From assembly GCF_009914755.1 (NCBI RefSeq), contig NC_060934.1: DNA of 64,000 bases. The stretch is one strand, 5' to 3'. A model generated the notes under the pieces. The model was given only the letters and a program-made list of their open reading frames with translations, did no database searches and had not been told where the DNA came from. Origin of the DNA: the human T2T-CHM13v2.0 reference genome, Homo sapiens. The position numbers were made by a program, and so were the translations under genes. Shown piece after piece: positions 42,086 through 56,799 of this stretch (the first letter of the stretch is position 1; the number at the start of each line of letters is the position of its first letter).

Positions 42086-45000
42086 CTTTCCAATTTTTAT
42101 TTTAGGTTCTGGGATACCTCTGTAGGTTTGTTACATGGGTAAATTGTGTGTTGCAAGGTTTAATATACAAATTATTTCATCATCCAAGTAGCAAGTGTAG
42201 TATCCAATAGGTAGTTTTTAATCTTCCCCCTCCTCCCATCCTCCACCATCAAATAGACCCCGGTGTCTATTATTTCCTTCTTTTGCATCCACGTGTAGTC
42301 AATGTTTAGTTCCCACATATAAACGAGAACATGAAGTACATGGTTTTCTGTTTATGTATTAATTTATTTAGGATAACGACCTCCAGTTGCAACTATGTTG
42401 CTGCAAAGGACATGATTTCATTCTATTTTAAGGCTGTGTAGTATTCCATGGTGTATATGTACCACATTTTCTTTATCCAATCCACCATTGATGGGAACCT
42501 AGCTTGATTCCACATCTTTGCTATTACAAACAGGGCTATGATGAACATACATGTGCATGTATTTTTGTGGTAGAATGATTTATATTCATTTGAGTGTATA
42601 CCTCATAATGGGATTGCTGGGTCAAATGGTAGTTCTAAATTCTGTGAGAAATCTCAAACTGCTTTCCACAGTGGCTGAACTAATTTACATTCCCACCAGC
42701 AGCATTTAAGCATTGTCTTTTCTCCACAACCTTGCCAGCATCTGTTATTTTTCTTTTTAATAATAGCAATTCTGATTGGTGGGAAATGGTATCTCACTGT
42801 GGTTTTGATTTATATTTCTCTAAAGATGAATAATGTTGACCATTTTTCATATGCTTTTGGCCATGTGTATGTTTTCTTTTGAGAAGTTGTCTGTTCATGT
42901 CCTTTGCCCATTTTTTAATGGGGTTGTTTTTTGCTTGTTGATTTGTTTGAGCTCCTTATAGATTCTATCCAGAATATTAAACCTTTGTCAAATGTATAGT
43001 TTGCAAATATTTTCTCCCATTCTGCAGGTTGTCTGTTTGCTCTGTTGATAGTTTCTTTTGCTGTGCAAAAGCCCTTCTGTTTAGGTCCCACTTGTCAAGT
43101 TTTGTGTGTTGCAATTACTTTTGGTGTGTTCGCCATGAAATCTTTGCCCAGGCCTATGTACAGAATGGTATTTTCTATGTATTCTTCTGGGGTTTTTATA
43201 GTTTTAAGTTTTGCATTTAAGCCTTTAATTCATCTTAACTAGATTTTTGTATGTGGTGTAAGGTAGGCATCCAGTTTCCGTCTTCTGCATATGGCTAGTC
43301 AGCTATTCCATCACCATTTATTGAATAGAGAGCCCATTCCCCATTGCTTGTTGTTGTTGACTTTGTGAAAGATTAGTTGGTTGTAAGTGCAGATTTGCTT
43401 CTGAGTTCTCTAACCTGTTCCATTGGTATATGTGTCTGTTTTTGTACCAGTATCATGCTATTTTAGTTACTAAGGCCTTGTAGTATAGTTCGAAGTTGAG
43501 TAGTGTGATGCCTCTGGATTTTTTTCTCTTTACTTGGCATCGTTTTGGCTATTCAGGCCCTTTTTTGGTTCCCATGTGAATTGTAGAATTTTTTTTCTAA
43601 TTCTGTGAAAAATCTGGTTGGTAGTTTGATAGAAATATCATTGAATCTGTAAATTGCTTTGGGCACTATGGCCATTTTAATGAAATTAATTATATTGATT
43701 ATTCCTAGCCAGTAGCATGGATGTTTTTCTATTTGTTTGTGTCATCTCTGATTTCTTTGAGCAGTGTTTTGTAATTCTCATTGTAGAGATCTTTAACCTC
43801 CCTGGTTAGCTGCATTCCTAGGTATTTTACTCTTTTTGTGGCTATTGTGAATAGGATTGCATTCTTGATTTGGCTCTCAGCTTGGACATTGTTGTTGTAT
43901 AAAAATGCTACTGATTTTTGAACATTGATTCTGTATTCAGAAACTCTACTGAAGTTGTTTACTAGAAATAGGAGACTTTGGGTAGAGACTATGGGGTATT
44001 CTAGGTATAGAATCATATAGTCTGTGAAGAGAGATAGCTTGATTTCCTCTCTTCCTATTTGAATGCCTATTATTTCTTTCTCTTCACTAGTTGCTCTGGG
44101 TAGGACTTTCAGTACTATGTTGAGAAGAAATGGTGAAAGTAGGCATCTTATTTTATTCTGGCTCTCAAGGGGAATGGTTCTAGTCTTTGCCCTTTCAGTC
44201 TGATGTTAGTTTTGGGTTTGTCATAGACGGCTGTTACTATTTTGAGGTATATTCCTTTGATATCTAGTCTCTTGAGGGTTTTTAACATTAAGTGATATTG
44301 AATTTTATCAAAAGCCTTTTTTGTATCTATTGAGTTGATCATGCGGTTTTTGTTTTTGGTTCTGTTTATGTGATGAATCACATATACTGATTTGCATATT
44401 TTGAACGAAACTTGCATCCCAGGAATAAAGCCTACTTGATCATCGTGGATTAGCTTTTTAATGTGATTCTGTATTTAGTTTGCTAGTAGTTTGTTTAAGG
44501 TTTTTACATCTATGTTCATTTGGAATACTGGCCTGAAGTTTTTGTTGTTGTTGTTGTGTCTCTTCCAGGTTTCGGCATCAGAATGATGCTGGTCTCATAG
44601 AATGAGGTGGTGGTGGGGAAGTTCCGTTTCCTTAATTTTTTAGAACAGTTATAGTAGAATTGGTACCAACTTTTCTTTATACATCTGGTAGTATCTGGCG
44701 TTTAATAAGTCTGGTCCAAGTCTTTTTCTGGTTGGTAGGCTTTTTATTACTAACAGAATTTTCATAACTCATTATTGCTCTGTTCAGGGATTCAGTTACT
44801 TCCTGCTTCAATCTTGGGAGGTTGTATGTTTCCAGGAATTTATCCATTTCTTCTAGATTTTTTAATTTGTTCAAAATAGTCTCTGAGGGTTTTTTGCATT
44901 TCTGTGGGGTCAATAGTAATGTCCTATTTGCCACTTATGATTGTGTTCTTATGTATCTTCCTTCTTTTTCTCTATTAGTCTAGCTAGCAGTCTATCAGTC

Positions 45001-47613
45001 TTATTTATTGTTTCAAGAAACCAACTTTTGGTGTCATTGATCTTCAGTACATTGCTTGTTTCTCAATTTCATTTAGTTTAGCTGATTTTGGTTATTGCTT
45101 TTATTCTGCTAGCTTTGGGGTTGATTTGCTTTTATTTCTTTAAGTTCCTCTAGGTGTGATGTTAGGTTTTTGATTTGAGATCTTTCTAAGTTTTTAATGT
45201 GGATGTTTAGTGCTATAAAATTCCCTCTTAACACTGCTTTGGCTGTGCTACAAATATTCTTGTATGCTGTATCTTGCTTTCATTAGTTTCAAAGGATTTC
45301 TTGATTTCTGCCTTAATTTTGTTGTTTATCCAAAAGTCATTCAGAAGCAGATCATTTAATTTCCATATAGTTGTACAGTTTTGAGAGATCTTCTTGATAT
45401 TGATTTCTGTTTTTATTGCACCGTGGCCTGAGAGAGTGGTTGGTATTATTTCAATTTTTTGGATTTGTTGAGAGTTGCTTTATGGCTGAGCATGTGGTTG
45501 ATTTTAGAGTATATGTCATTTGCAGATAAGAGGAATAAATATTCTCTTGTTGTTGAGTTGAGTGTTCTGCAGATTTCTGTTAGGTTCATTTGGTCAAGTG
45601 TCAAGTTTAGGTCTTTAATATCTTTGTTAGTTTTCTGCCTGGATGATCTGTCTAATACTGTCAGGTGATCTGTTTAACACTGTCACTATCAGTTGAAGTT
45701 TCCCACTATTACTCTGTGGTTATCTAAGTTTCTTCATAGGTCTCTAAGAACTTATTTCATGAATCTGGGTGCTCCAGTGTTTGGTGCATATATATTTAGG
45801 AAAATTATGCCTTGTTGGATTGAATCCTTTGTCATTATGCCCCTAATTTGTCCTTTTTGATTGTTGTTGGTTTAAAATTTGATTTGTCTGAAATAGTAAC
45901 CCCTGCTCTTTTTTGTTTTCCATTTGCTTGATAGATTGATAGAAGTTTTTCCATCCCTTTACTTTGAGCCTATGGTTTTCACTGCATGTGAGATGGGTCT
46001 CTTGAAGATAGTACACACTAGGGTCTTGCTTCTTTATCCAACTTTCTACTCTGTGCCTTTTAAGTGGGGTGTTTAACCCACTTATGTTCAAGGTTAATAT
46101 TGATATGTGCAGATTTGATCCTATCATCATATTGTTAGCTGGATGTTATGTAGACTTGATTGTGTAGTTGCTTTATAGTGTTGATGGTCTATGTACTTAA
46201 GTGTGTTTTTGTGGTGGTCAGTAACAGTCTTTTTTTTTCCATATTTAGCACTCTCTTCAGGACCTCTTATAAGGAGGTCTGGTGGTAACAAATTTTTATA
46301 GCATTTGCTTGTCTTAAAAGTATTTTATTTCTTTGCTTATGAAGCTTAGTTTAGCTGGATATGAAATTCTTGATTGGAATTGCTTTTCTTTAAGGATGCT
46401 AAATATAGGTCCCCAATCTCTTCTGGCTTAACAATGCTTCTGCTGAAAGGTCCTCTTTAGCCTGATGGGGTTTCCTTTGTAGGTGCCCTGCCCCTTCTCT
46501 CTAGCTGTTTTAATATTTTCTTCTTCAAAACAAAGGCAGTGTGATGGCTAATACTGAATGTCAATTTGATTGGATTGAAGGACACAAAATATTGATCCTG
46601 GGTGTATCTGTGAAGGCATTGCCAAAAGAGATTAACATTTGAGTCAGTGGGCTGGGGAAGACAGATCCACCCTTAATCTGAGGAGCACAATCTAATCAGC
46701 TGCCAGCAAATATAAACAGGCAAAAAAACGTGAAAAGGAGAGACTGGCCTAGCTTCCCAGCCTACATCTTTCTCCCATGCTGGATGCTTCCTGCCCTCAA
46801 ACATCAAACTCCAAGTTCGTCAGTTTTGGGAGTCGAACTGTCTCTCCTTGCTCTGCAGCTTTCAGACAGTCTATTGTGGGACCTTGTAATTATGTACGTC
46901 AATACTTAATAAACTCCCCTTTATATATATATATATGTTATATATATATTTTATATAATATGTAACTAATATAAATATAAATTTAAAAATATAAATATAT
47001 AATATAAATAAAAATATAAATGTATAATATATAAATGTATGTATTTTATATATATATATATATATGTATACACATATCTCCTATTAGTTCTGTCCCTCTA
47101 GAGAACTCTGACTAATACAGGCGGGGTCTGTCAGTGCAGGAACTATAGCAGTGGCTGTTGGGAAGCACCAGTGTTGGACATTTGAGTTTGCACTTGAAGT
47201 GGTTATAGCCAGGTAAGGACCCTGGGCGGGGCCAGCAGACAGGGCATGCTCATATTAGACAGGCCCCATCCCACAGGCAAGATAGCCCTGTTCTGTCCAG
47301 ATCCAACAGTCACCAAAGGCCAAAACCACCTAGAAGAGTTTCGCAATCCTTGGGGGATGGACATCCTTGGGTATGCTCCACTGCAGCCATTCTTGTGCCA
47401 AACCCTCTGGGCTCCAGGTAGGCTAGAGTCCTGTCCCTGCCAACTCTCTAAGCAGCTGTCCTACCCAGCTCAAATGTTGATGGGGGTCATGGGGTCTCCT
47501 GCAGCTAGGGTTCTGGAGGTCCATGTTGACAGTGGGCCATTCCATACCTGTTTAACTCACCCCTTCTCCAGGAGCCACTCTGGGCCAGGAACAAGTCCTG
47601 GTGCTCAGCAATC
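42086..47613 (-). mobile_element. Near-full-length decayed L1PA15/16-like LINE-1 (3'UTR, ORF2, ORF1 3' part, part of 5' region)
   Basis: 3'UTR GTTACATGGGTAAATTG...CAATAGGTAGTTTTT; ORF2p remnants including the endonuclease N-terminus (ISILTLNISGLN...LQETHL, 45843-46130); apparent internal deletion at ~46526. Confidence 0.88.
46540..47119 (+). mobile_element. MLT2A1 (HERV-L) solo LTR with an expanded (TA)n tract
   Basis: TGTGATGG...TTGATTGGATTGAAGGA...GAGAACTCTGACTAATACA; TSD GGCAG/GGCGG; TA tract ~46921-47070. Confidence 0.92.
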
Positions 47614-48188
47614 CGCCAGTCCCATGCCACATGCCTGCACTCCTCAGCCCTTGGGTGGTTGATGGGACTGGGCGTTGCAGAGCAGGGGGCGGCACCCGTC
47701 GGGGAGGCTCAGCCCTGTGGGAGCCCACCTCTGGGGGAGCTCAGTCATGGAGATCTGCAGGTCCCCAGCCCTGCCTCGCGGGAAGGAGGCTGAGGCCCAG
47801 CAAGAATTCGAGCACGGCCTGGGCGGGCCGGCAGTCCTGGGGGACCCGGTGCACCCTCGGCAGCTGCTGGCCCTGGTGCTAAGCCCCTCACTGCCCAGGG
47901 CCGGCAGTGCTGGCTGGCCGCTCCAAGAGTGGGGCCTGCCGAGCCCGTGCCCACCCAGAACTCGCGCTGACCCTCAAGCCCCGCATGCAGCCCAGTTCCC
48001 GCCCACGCCTCTCCCTCCACACCTCCCCGCAAGCAGAGGGAGCCAGCTCTGGCCTTGGCCAGCCCAGAGAGGGGCCCTCCACAGCGCAGTGGCAGGCCAA
48101 AGGGCTGCTCAAGTGTGGCCAGAGTGGATGCCCAGGCCGATGAGGTGCTGAGAGCCAGCGAGGGCCACCAGCACGTTGTCACCTCTCA
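47614..48188 (-). mobile_element. LTR12 (ERV9; D/E-like), 5' ~575 bp only
   Basis: Reverse strand starts TGAGAGGTGACAACGTGCTGG; GC/CpG-rich U3 5' region; ends abruptly at GGGACTGGC. Confidence 0.9.
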
Positions 48189-49260
48189 ATTATGATGTTA
48201 GCTGGTTATTTTGCTAATTAGTTGATGCAGTTTCTTCCTAGCCTTGATGGTCTTTACAATTTGGCATGTTTTTGCAGCAGCTGGTACTGGTTGTTCCTTT
48301 CCATGTTTAGTGCTTCCTTCAGGAGCTCTTGTAAGGCAGGCTTGGTGGTGACAAAATCTCTCAGCGTTTGTTTGTCTGTAAAGGATTTTATCACTTATAA
48401 AGCTTAGTTTGGCTGGATATGAAATTCTGGGTTGAAAATTCTTTTCTTTAAGAATGTTGAATATTGGCCCCCACTCTCTTTTGGCTTGTAGAGTTTCTGC
48501 CAAGAGATCCACTGTTAGTCTGATGGGCTTCATGGGTAACCCAACCTCTCTCTCTGGCTGCCCTTAACATTTTTTCCTTCATTTCAACTTTGGTGATTCT
48601 GACAGTTATGTGTCTTGGAGTTGCTCTTCTCAAGGAGTATCTTTGTGGTGTTCTCTGTATTTCCTAAATTTGAATTTTGGCCTGCCTCACTAGGTTGGGG
48701 AAGTTCTCCTAGATAATATCCTGAAGAGTGTTTTCCAACTTGGTTCCATTCTCCCCATCACTTTCAGGTACACCAATCAGACGTAGATTTGGTCTTTTCA
48801 CATGGTCCCATATTTCTTAGAGGCTTTGTTTGTTTCTTTTTACTCCTTTTTCTCTAAACTTCTCTTCTCATTTCATTTCATTCATTTGATCTTCAATCAC
48901 TGATACCCTTTCTTCCACTTGATCAAAATCGGCTACTGAAGCTTGTGCATGCGTCACATAGTTCTTGTGCCATGGTTTTCACATCCAACAGGTCATTTAA
49001 GGACTTCTCTGCACTGGTTACTCTAGTTAGCCATTCGTCTAATCTTTTTTCAAGGTTTTCAGCTTCTTTGCGATGGGTTCGAACATCCTCCTTTAGCTCA
49101 GAGAAGTTTGTTATTACCGATCGTCTGAAGCCTTCTTCTCTCAACTCATCAAAGTCATTCTACATCCAGCTTTGTTCTGTTGGTGGCGAGGAGCTGCGTT
49201 CCTTTGGAGGAGAAGAGGCACTCTGATTTTTAGAATTTTCAGCTTTTCTGCTCTGGTTTC

Positions 49261-50213
49261 GTCTTTGATGATGGTGACGTACAGATGGGGTTTTGGTGTG
49301 GATGTCCTTTCTGTTTGTTAGTTTTCCTTCTAACAGTCAGGACCTTCAGCTGCAGGTCTGTTGGAGTTTGCTGGAGGTCCACTCCAGACCCTGTTTGCCT
49401 GGGTATCACCAGCGGAGGCTGCAGAACAGCAAATATTGCAGAATGGCAGACGTTGCTGCCTGATCCTTCCTCTGGAAGCTTCATCTCAGAGGGGCACCCA
49501 GTTGTATGAGGTGTCAGTTGGCCCCTAACTGGGAGGTGTCTCCCGGTTACGCTACTCGGGGGGGGGTCAGGGACCCACTTGAGGAGGCAGTCTGTCCGTT
49601 CTCAGATCTCAAACTACATGCTGGGAGAAGCACTACTCTCTTCAAAGCTGCCAGACAGGGACGTTTAAGTCTGCAGAAGTTTCTGCTGCCTTTCCTTCAG
49701 CTAAGCCCTGCCCCTAGAGATGGAGTCTACAGAGGCAGGCAGGCCTCCTTGAGCTGTGATGAGCTCCACCCAGTTCGAGCTTCCCAGCCATTTTGTTTAC
49801 CTACTCAAGCCTCAGCAATGGCGGACACCACTCCCCCAGCCTCGCTGCCACCTTGCAGTTCGATCTCAGACTGCTGTCCTAGCAGCAAGTAAGGCTTCAT
49901 GGTTGTGGGACCCTCCCAGCCATGTGCAGGATATAATCTCCTGTGTGCCATTTCCTAAGGCCCTTGGAAAAGGGCAGTTTTAGTGTGGAAGTGTCCTGAT
50001 TTTCCAGGTACCGTCTGTCACGGCTTCCTTTAGCTAGGAAAGGGAATTCCCTGACTGCTTGCTCTTCCCGGGTGAGGCGATGCCCTGCCCTGCTCCTTGG
50101 GCTGCACCCACTGTCTGACAAGCCCCAGTGAGATGAACCCAGTACCTCAGTTGGAAATGCAGAAATCACCTGTCTTCTGCATTGCTCATGCTGGCAGCTG
50201 CAGACTGGAGCTG
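49261..50213 (-). promoter_or_regulatory. L1 5'UTR (sense promoter facing left, antisense promoter facing right), missing the first ~30 nt including the YY1 site
   Basis: L1PA 5'UTR sequence. It includes ~49366-49496, the segment deleted in L1PA2/L1HS and known as the ZNF93-bound region. The CAAGATGGCCG motif is absent at the junction. Confidence 0.8.
49818..49892 (+). pseudogene. L1 ORF0 remnant, prematurely terminated (24 aa)
   Basis: MADTTPPASLPPCSSISDCCPSSK* matches the ORF0 N-terminus (MAGAPPPASLPPCSLISDCC...). Confidence 0.8.
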
Positions 50214-50280
50214 CAGAAAAGGCCTTCAACAAAATTCAACAGCCCTTCATGCTAAAAACTCTCAATAATTTAGGTATTGA

Positions 50281-50520
<240 letters not shown>

Positions 50521-52697
50521 TGATTGTATATTTAGAAAACCCCATCATCTCAGCCCAAAATCTCCTTAAGCTGATAAGCAACTTCAGCAAAGTCTCAGGA
50601 TACAAAATCAATGTGCAGAAATAACAAGCACTCCTATACATCAATAACAGACAAACAGAGAGCCAAATCATGAGGAACTCCCATTCACAATTGCTTCATA
50701 GAGAATAAAATACCTAGGAATCCAACTTACAAGGGATGTGAAGGATCTCTTCAAGGAGAACTACAAACCACTGCTCAACGAAATAAAAGAGGACACAAAC
50801 AAATGGAAGAACAATGTATGCTCATGGATAGGGAGATTCAATATTGTGAAAATGGCCATACTGCCCAAGGTAATTTATAGATTCAATGCCATCCCCATCA
50901 AGCTACCAAAGACTTTCCTCACAGAATTGGAAAAAACTACTTTAAAGTTCATATGGAACCAAAAAAGAGCCTGCATTGCAAAGACAATCCTAAGCCAAAA
51001 GAACAAAGCTGGAGGCTTCAAGCTACCTGACTCAAACTATTCTACAAGGCTACAGTAACCAAAACAGCATGGTACTGATACCAAAACAGAGATATAGACC
51101 AATGGAACAGAATAGAGCCCTTGGAAATAATACCACACATCTACAACCATCTGATCTTTGAAAAACTCAACAAAAACAAGAAATGGGGAAAGGATTCCCT
51201 GTTTAATAAATGGTGCTGGGAAAACTGGCTAGCCATATGTGGAAAGCTGAAACTGGATCCCTTCCTTACACCTTATACAAAAATTAATTCAAGATGGATT
51301 AAAGGCTTAAATGATAGACCTAAAACCATAAAAGCCCTAGAAGAAAACCTAGGCAATACCATTCAGGCCATAGGCATGGGCAAAGACTTCATGACTAAAA
51401 CACCAAAAGCAATGGCAACAAAAGCCAAAATTGACAAGTGGGATCTAATTAAACTAAAGAGCTTCTGCACAGCAAAAGACACTACCATCAGAGTGAATGG
51501 GGCAACCTACAGAATGGGGGAAAATTTTTACAATCTACCCATCTGACAAAGGGCTAATATCCAGAATCTACAAGGAACTTGAACAAATTTACAAGAAAAA
51601 ATCAACCCCATCAAAAAGAGAGCAAAGGATATGAACAGACACTTCTCAAAAGAAGACATTTATGCAGCCAACAGACACATGAAAAAATGCTCATCATCAC
51701 TGGCCAACAGAGAAATGCAAATCAAAACTACAATGAGATACCATCTCACACCAGTTAGAATGGCGATCATTAAAAAGTCAGGAAACAACAGGTGCTGGAG
51801 AGGATGTGGAGAAATAGGAATGCTTTTACACTGTTGGTGGGACTGTAAACTAGTTCAACCATTGTGGAAGACAGTGTGGCAATTCCTCAGGGATCTAGAA
51901 CTAGAAATACCACTGGACCCAGCCATCCCATTACTGGGCATATACCCAAAGGATTATAAATCATGCTGCTATAAAGACACATGCACACGTATGTTTATTG
52001 TGGCACTATTCACAATAGCAAAGACTTGGAACCAACCCAAATGTCTGTCAATGATAGACCGGATTAAGAAAATGTGGCACATATACACCATGGAATACTA
52101 TGCAGCCATAAAAAAGGATGAGTTCATGTCCTTTGTAGGGACATGGATGAAGCTAGAAACCATCATTCTGAGCAAACTACCACAAAGACAGAAAACCAAA
52201 CACCACATATTCTCACTCATAGGTGGGAATTGAACAATGAGAACACTTGGACACAGGAAAGGGAACATCACACACCGGGGCCTGTTGTGGGGTGGGGGGA
52301 GGAGGGAGGGATAGCATTAGGAGATATACCTAAAGTAAATGAGGAGTTAATGGGTACAGCACACCAACATGGCACATGTATACATATGTAACAAACCTGC
52401 ACGTTGTGCACATGTACCCTAGAACTTAAAGTATAATAAAAAAAGAAAAAAAAACAGAAAAGAAAAATACATAGTTCCTATTTTTGTGTTAAAAATAAGC
52501 TGTATACATGTTTGTGAATGAAAAAAGAATTATATTTCTTTTTTCTTGTTTCAAGAAAATCTTTAAGGCGATTATAGGAGATATGTATGATATTACGACA
52601 GATATGTATGAAACTCTACCACTCAACAATCATTGCAAAGAACACAAGAGACTGAATTTCTCTTATGGTTTTCTTTAACTATTAGAAACATTGAAAA

Positions 52698-52769
52698 TTG
52701 AAAATAACTGTGCTTCATTTTCTGAAGCAAACTTGAAAATAACTGTGCTTCATTTTCTGAAGCAAACTT
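52698..52769. repeat. Perfect 35-bp tandem duplication
   Basis: TTGAAAATAACTGTGCTTCATTTTCTGAAGCAAAC x2. Confidence 0.97.
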
Positions 52770-53783
52770 AATGAAAAATGTCATGGGTATTGTTTAGTTG
52801 TTAAAATCATTGGATATATGCATGCAGATATATGAATCATCACCAAATTATGGAAATTTTGAAAGAAATAGAAGATAGTTAATTTAATGAATCAATAAAA
52901 ATTTTAATAGCTACTTTTATTTTTCTCTACAGGCTTAAAAGCTCTAATTATATAATCACTTTCGTAGATACGCTAAAATTTAAAAAACATGTATAGTTGG
53001 TTACATTTTTTTAACAAATTCTAACAGCATGCAACATTTCTCCCCTTCTCTCCTATGTAACACAGAACTTATCACGGTACAACTATGCATTAATCATTTC
53101 AACCTATCATCTAGTTATTGAAAATTAGAATTATGATTTTGACATTTTAAACAATATATAAAATACTAAATTGTTTTTATGGTCAATAAATAATTATATT
53201 TAGTGACATTTTTATACATTCCTGTGTTCTCTAGTTGATGACAATCTTTAAGTATTTTTTAAGCTGAGTGTCTACGGTAAATACTCTTAGTGGTTATGTG
53301 TTTGAAACTGTCTTCATTTTTTTTTTAATTTTTATGATTTACCTGCAAATAAAATTCTAAGTCACAGATACTGTCTTCAACACCTTAAATATAGAATTCC
53401 ATTGTCTTCTGGGTTTTCTATTATTAAAGAGAAATTTCCTGACAGATTGTGTCATTTTTCTTTAATGGTTTTCCTCTACGTTTTACAATTATTTTTAATA
53501 TCTTTAACCTTTTGGTTCTAATTGTATTTATGTGTATCTTGCACAAAACTCAGAATTCAAAATATGTTACAAGCATTTTTGTTTTTCCTCACTTAGGGAA
53601 AATTCAGTTATATTTGCTCAGATTTTATTTATTCTATCCTTTCATCCTCGAGTCTCTGAAATCAGTCATCCGTATTTCTTAGTTGCTTTGCTTTGCCCCT
53701 TAGAAATTCATTTTGCTCTTTGTGATGCATTCTATGTGAATTCCCCACTATAATTTTCCAATTCATGAATTCTTTTTCTGTAG

Positions 53784-54260
<477 letters not shown>

Positions 54261-56799
54261 ACATTTTATAGATTCTTGCTCTTGCTATGCAGAAATTATA
54301 CTTTCATTTGAGGTTATGTCATTGTCTTCCCATATCCCTGTAACAGCATAGTTTCAGGAAGTAAATCAGCAGTAGTGTTTTTGGTTTTGTTTTTCCGGGT
54401 TTTGATTTTGCTTTTTAATGAGCAGGAACCACCCACACACCCCAACCCCTGTTTTCAAATGATTGTTGTGTGGTCTTAATTTCATGTGGAACTTTTTAAA
54501 ACCACCCTAACAATGGCTGCTACAACCCAGATCTGAACCTGTGGAGTCAGCCTTGCTACTGCTTTCTTTCCTACTCTATGTCTTTTCTATACATGAGTTT
54601 ATCTTGGTGAGCCCCATGATGACATTTCAAATGCCTAATATATTTTATCTGTTATTGCTATGATTTTGGAACTGTGCATATGGGAAAAGTGAAAACTATG
54701 CTCCACTTTGCTTATGTTTGGCAATTTGTTTGTTATTAAATTGAAAACTGTAAATATGTTCCTATCTCAAACCTGGTAGAAAGTATATTATACTTCCAGA
54801 TAAAGAATTAATGAATATCTTTGGGCAACCAATTAATAATTCTTTGGTAACAGTGAGATGATTTGGATTGGAAATAAGGAAACCTTATTATCACTTCTAC
54901 TTCTGCAACTGGAACAAGCCAGTCTTGGAATAATATTCATGACCCCCAAATTATCTGTGAAATGAGATTTACTGTAGATATGTAAAATAAATAAATTTTT
55001 TGGGCATTGTGAATTCCAAAATTCTTATTAAATATCTTTCAATAAAATTTTCCAAAATTGTGAACTTCCACAGAATATTGATATATTTCACAGGAAAAAA
55101 AATACTTTCTTGACAGGTAAGCCTCATAATTCTGGTTAAATGAAGGGAGACAGGTTTATTTATAACTGGAAGTTTCAGAACCTTTAATATGCTAATGTTT
55201 GGGAGCCTTCTTGATTGAGCCATCTATGCAACATTTCAAACATTCGACATGCAAAGGTTGACCTTGGAGCCATTTCTCCTTTACTTTCAAAAGAACGTTT
55301 TTGGGAATTAGTGTTCCATAAAACAAGCATTTCAAATTTAGTGTTAGATTTTTTTTTAAGTTGCAGCGTACTTGCTATAAGAGAATGTATACCTATACCT
55401 ACTACTGGTTTTCTGCCTTCTTAATTTTGATGGAACTAACTGGAGCAAGGCATGAACCCAAAGAACAATATCAGAAAAACCACCTAGGATTTCAGCCCAT
55501 TATTTAACCTATTAGCAACCTAGTCTAACCACTTACAGGATCAATGGTAAAAGGAAATTTGAATGTGACTTACCACATAGTATAGGTTAGGATTCTTAGG
55601 CTTGGAAAGAGAGAAATCAACCAGCTAAGGAGATCAGCTTCATGGGGCAATACTAATGGCCCTGAAGTATTAGCGTCTTCTTTTATGGATGACTACTCTA
55701 GCCAGTTAATTAGCTTAGGTGAAGCCAGGAACTGTATTTCTTAAAAGGAAGCATATACCATTTGTCTATTTTCATCCAACATGATGATAAGTAGCCTGGA
55801 CTACAAAAAGTTTTGAAATAGCACTAGTCAGCAATGTCAATAATTAGAAGATTTGAGAAATAATTTTTAAAACGAAAATGTACCAGGACCAAAAATATGT
55901 GTGTTAATGTATACATTTTTAGTCATAGAATCAGACACACATCATAAAAACACTAATGAGGTATAATTTATATGTTACATATATATCTATCCTCATTTAC
56001 CTATAGTAAGTTTAGTTTACTTAAATCAATAATTTCACATTTTGTATCTTTCTTATAAGCTTTTTAGCAGACTAATCTCCTCAATTCCTATAATGTACTT
56101 TTTTGAAATTTGAAATATTCTGAGGAACCCTTGGTAAGTAGCCTCATTGTTTGCTAAAAAGTGAGTCCTAAGAACAGAAAGATATTGCAACACAAGCCAA
56201 GACTGAGTTCTTAATTCCTTCTTTAGAGTCATTTCCCCTCTAGCAGTTCCTTAGAAACAAAATTCAAAGCACTGCCATAATTACAGAATTTTAAAACTGT
56301 TATAAGGGACCCCAAATGTTATTGACATATTTATGCTTTTTGGTTGTAATCTCCAATAATCACTCAAAAGATGTTCGTAGCATGTATTATTATTTCTGAT
56401 GACTTATATACAACAAGCGATATCTGAATTAACAAATTTCCATAATATTTATTTTCTTGCCTTTTGCATCATTTCTCCCCAGGCATCTGGAAAACATAAA
56501 AGAAGAAACTTCTGTAGTTGTGTAAAGTCATCTATTTAGTTATTTATCCTGCTGTATTTCCATTCCCCCACAAAAGGATCTGAGTTGGCTTAGGGAAGAA
56601 TGGCTCCATAGCAAGAGCAGAATTAAGTTATCAGAATCCCCAATGACTTGATTCTAATTTATCCCCAGTTGCAACTCTTATGACTTCCTGCCTTTAAATT
56701 TATATTCCAACAGCACATAATCTTATGCAACTGACTCATTGTTCTTTGTTATTGCTCTGTGTAACAAAATGATCTTTCTTCCTACCTGTAACCTTTTCT

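Noticed and set aside
45645-45690. ~22-bp imperfect tandem duplication (TGATCTGT.TAA.ACTGTCA)
   Set aside because: Trivial slippage inside a decayed L1.
47246-48182. Cluster of GC-rich overlapping ORFs, apparent CpG-island gene start
   Set aside because: Explained by the stop-poor LTR12 U3 region and the old L1 5' region.
50738-52233. Possible active reverse transcriptase
   Set aside because: The endonuclease half is missing and ORF2 is split by several frameshifts and stops.
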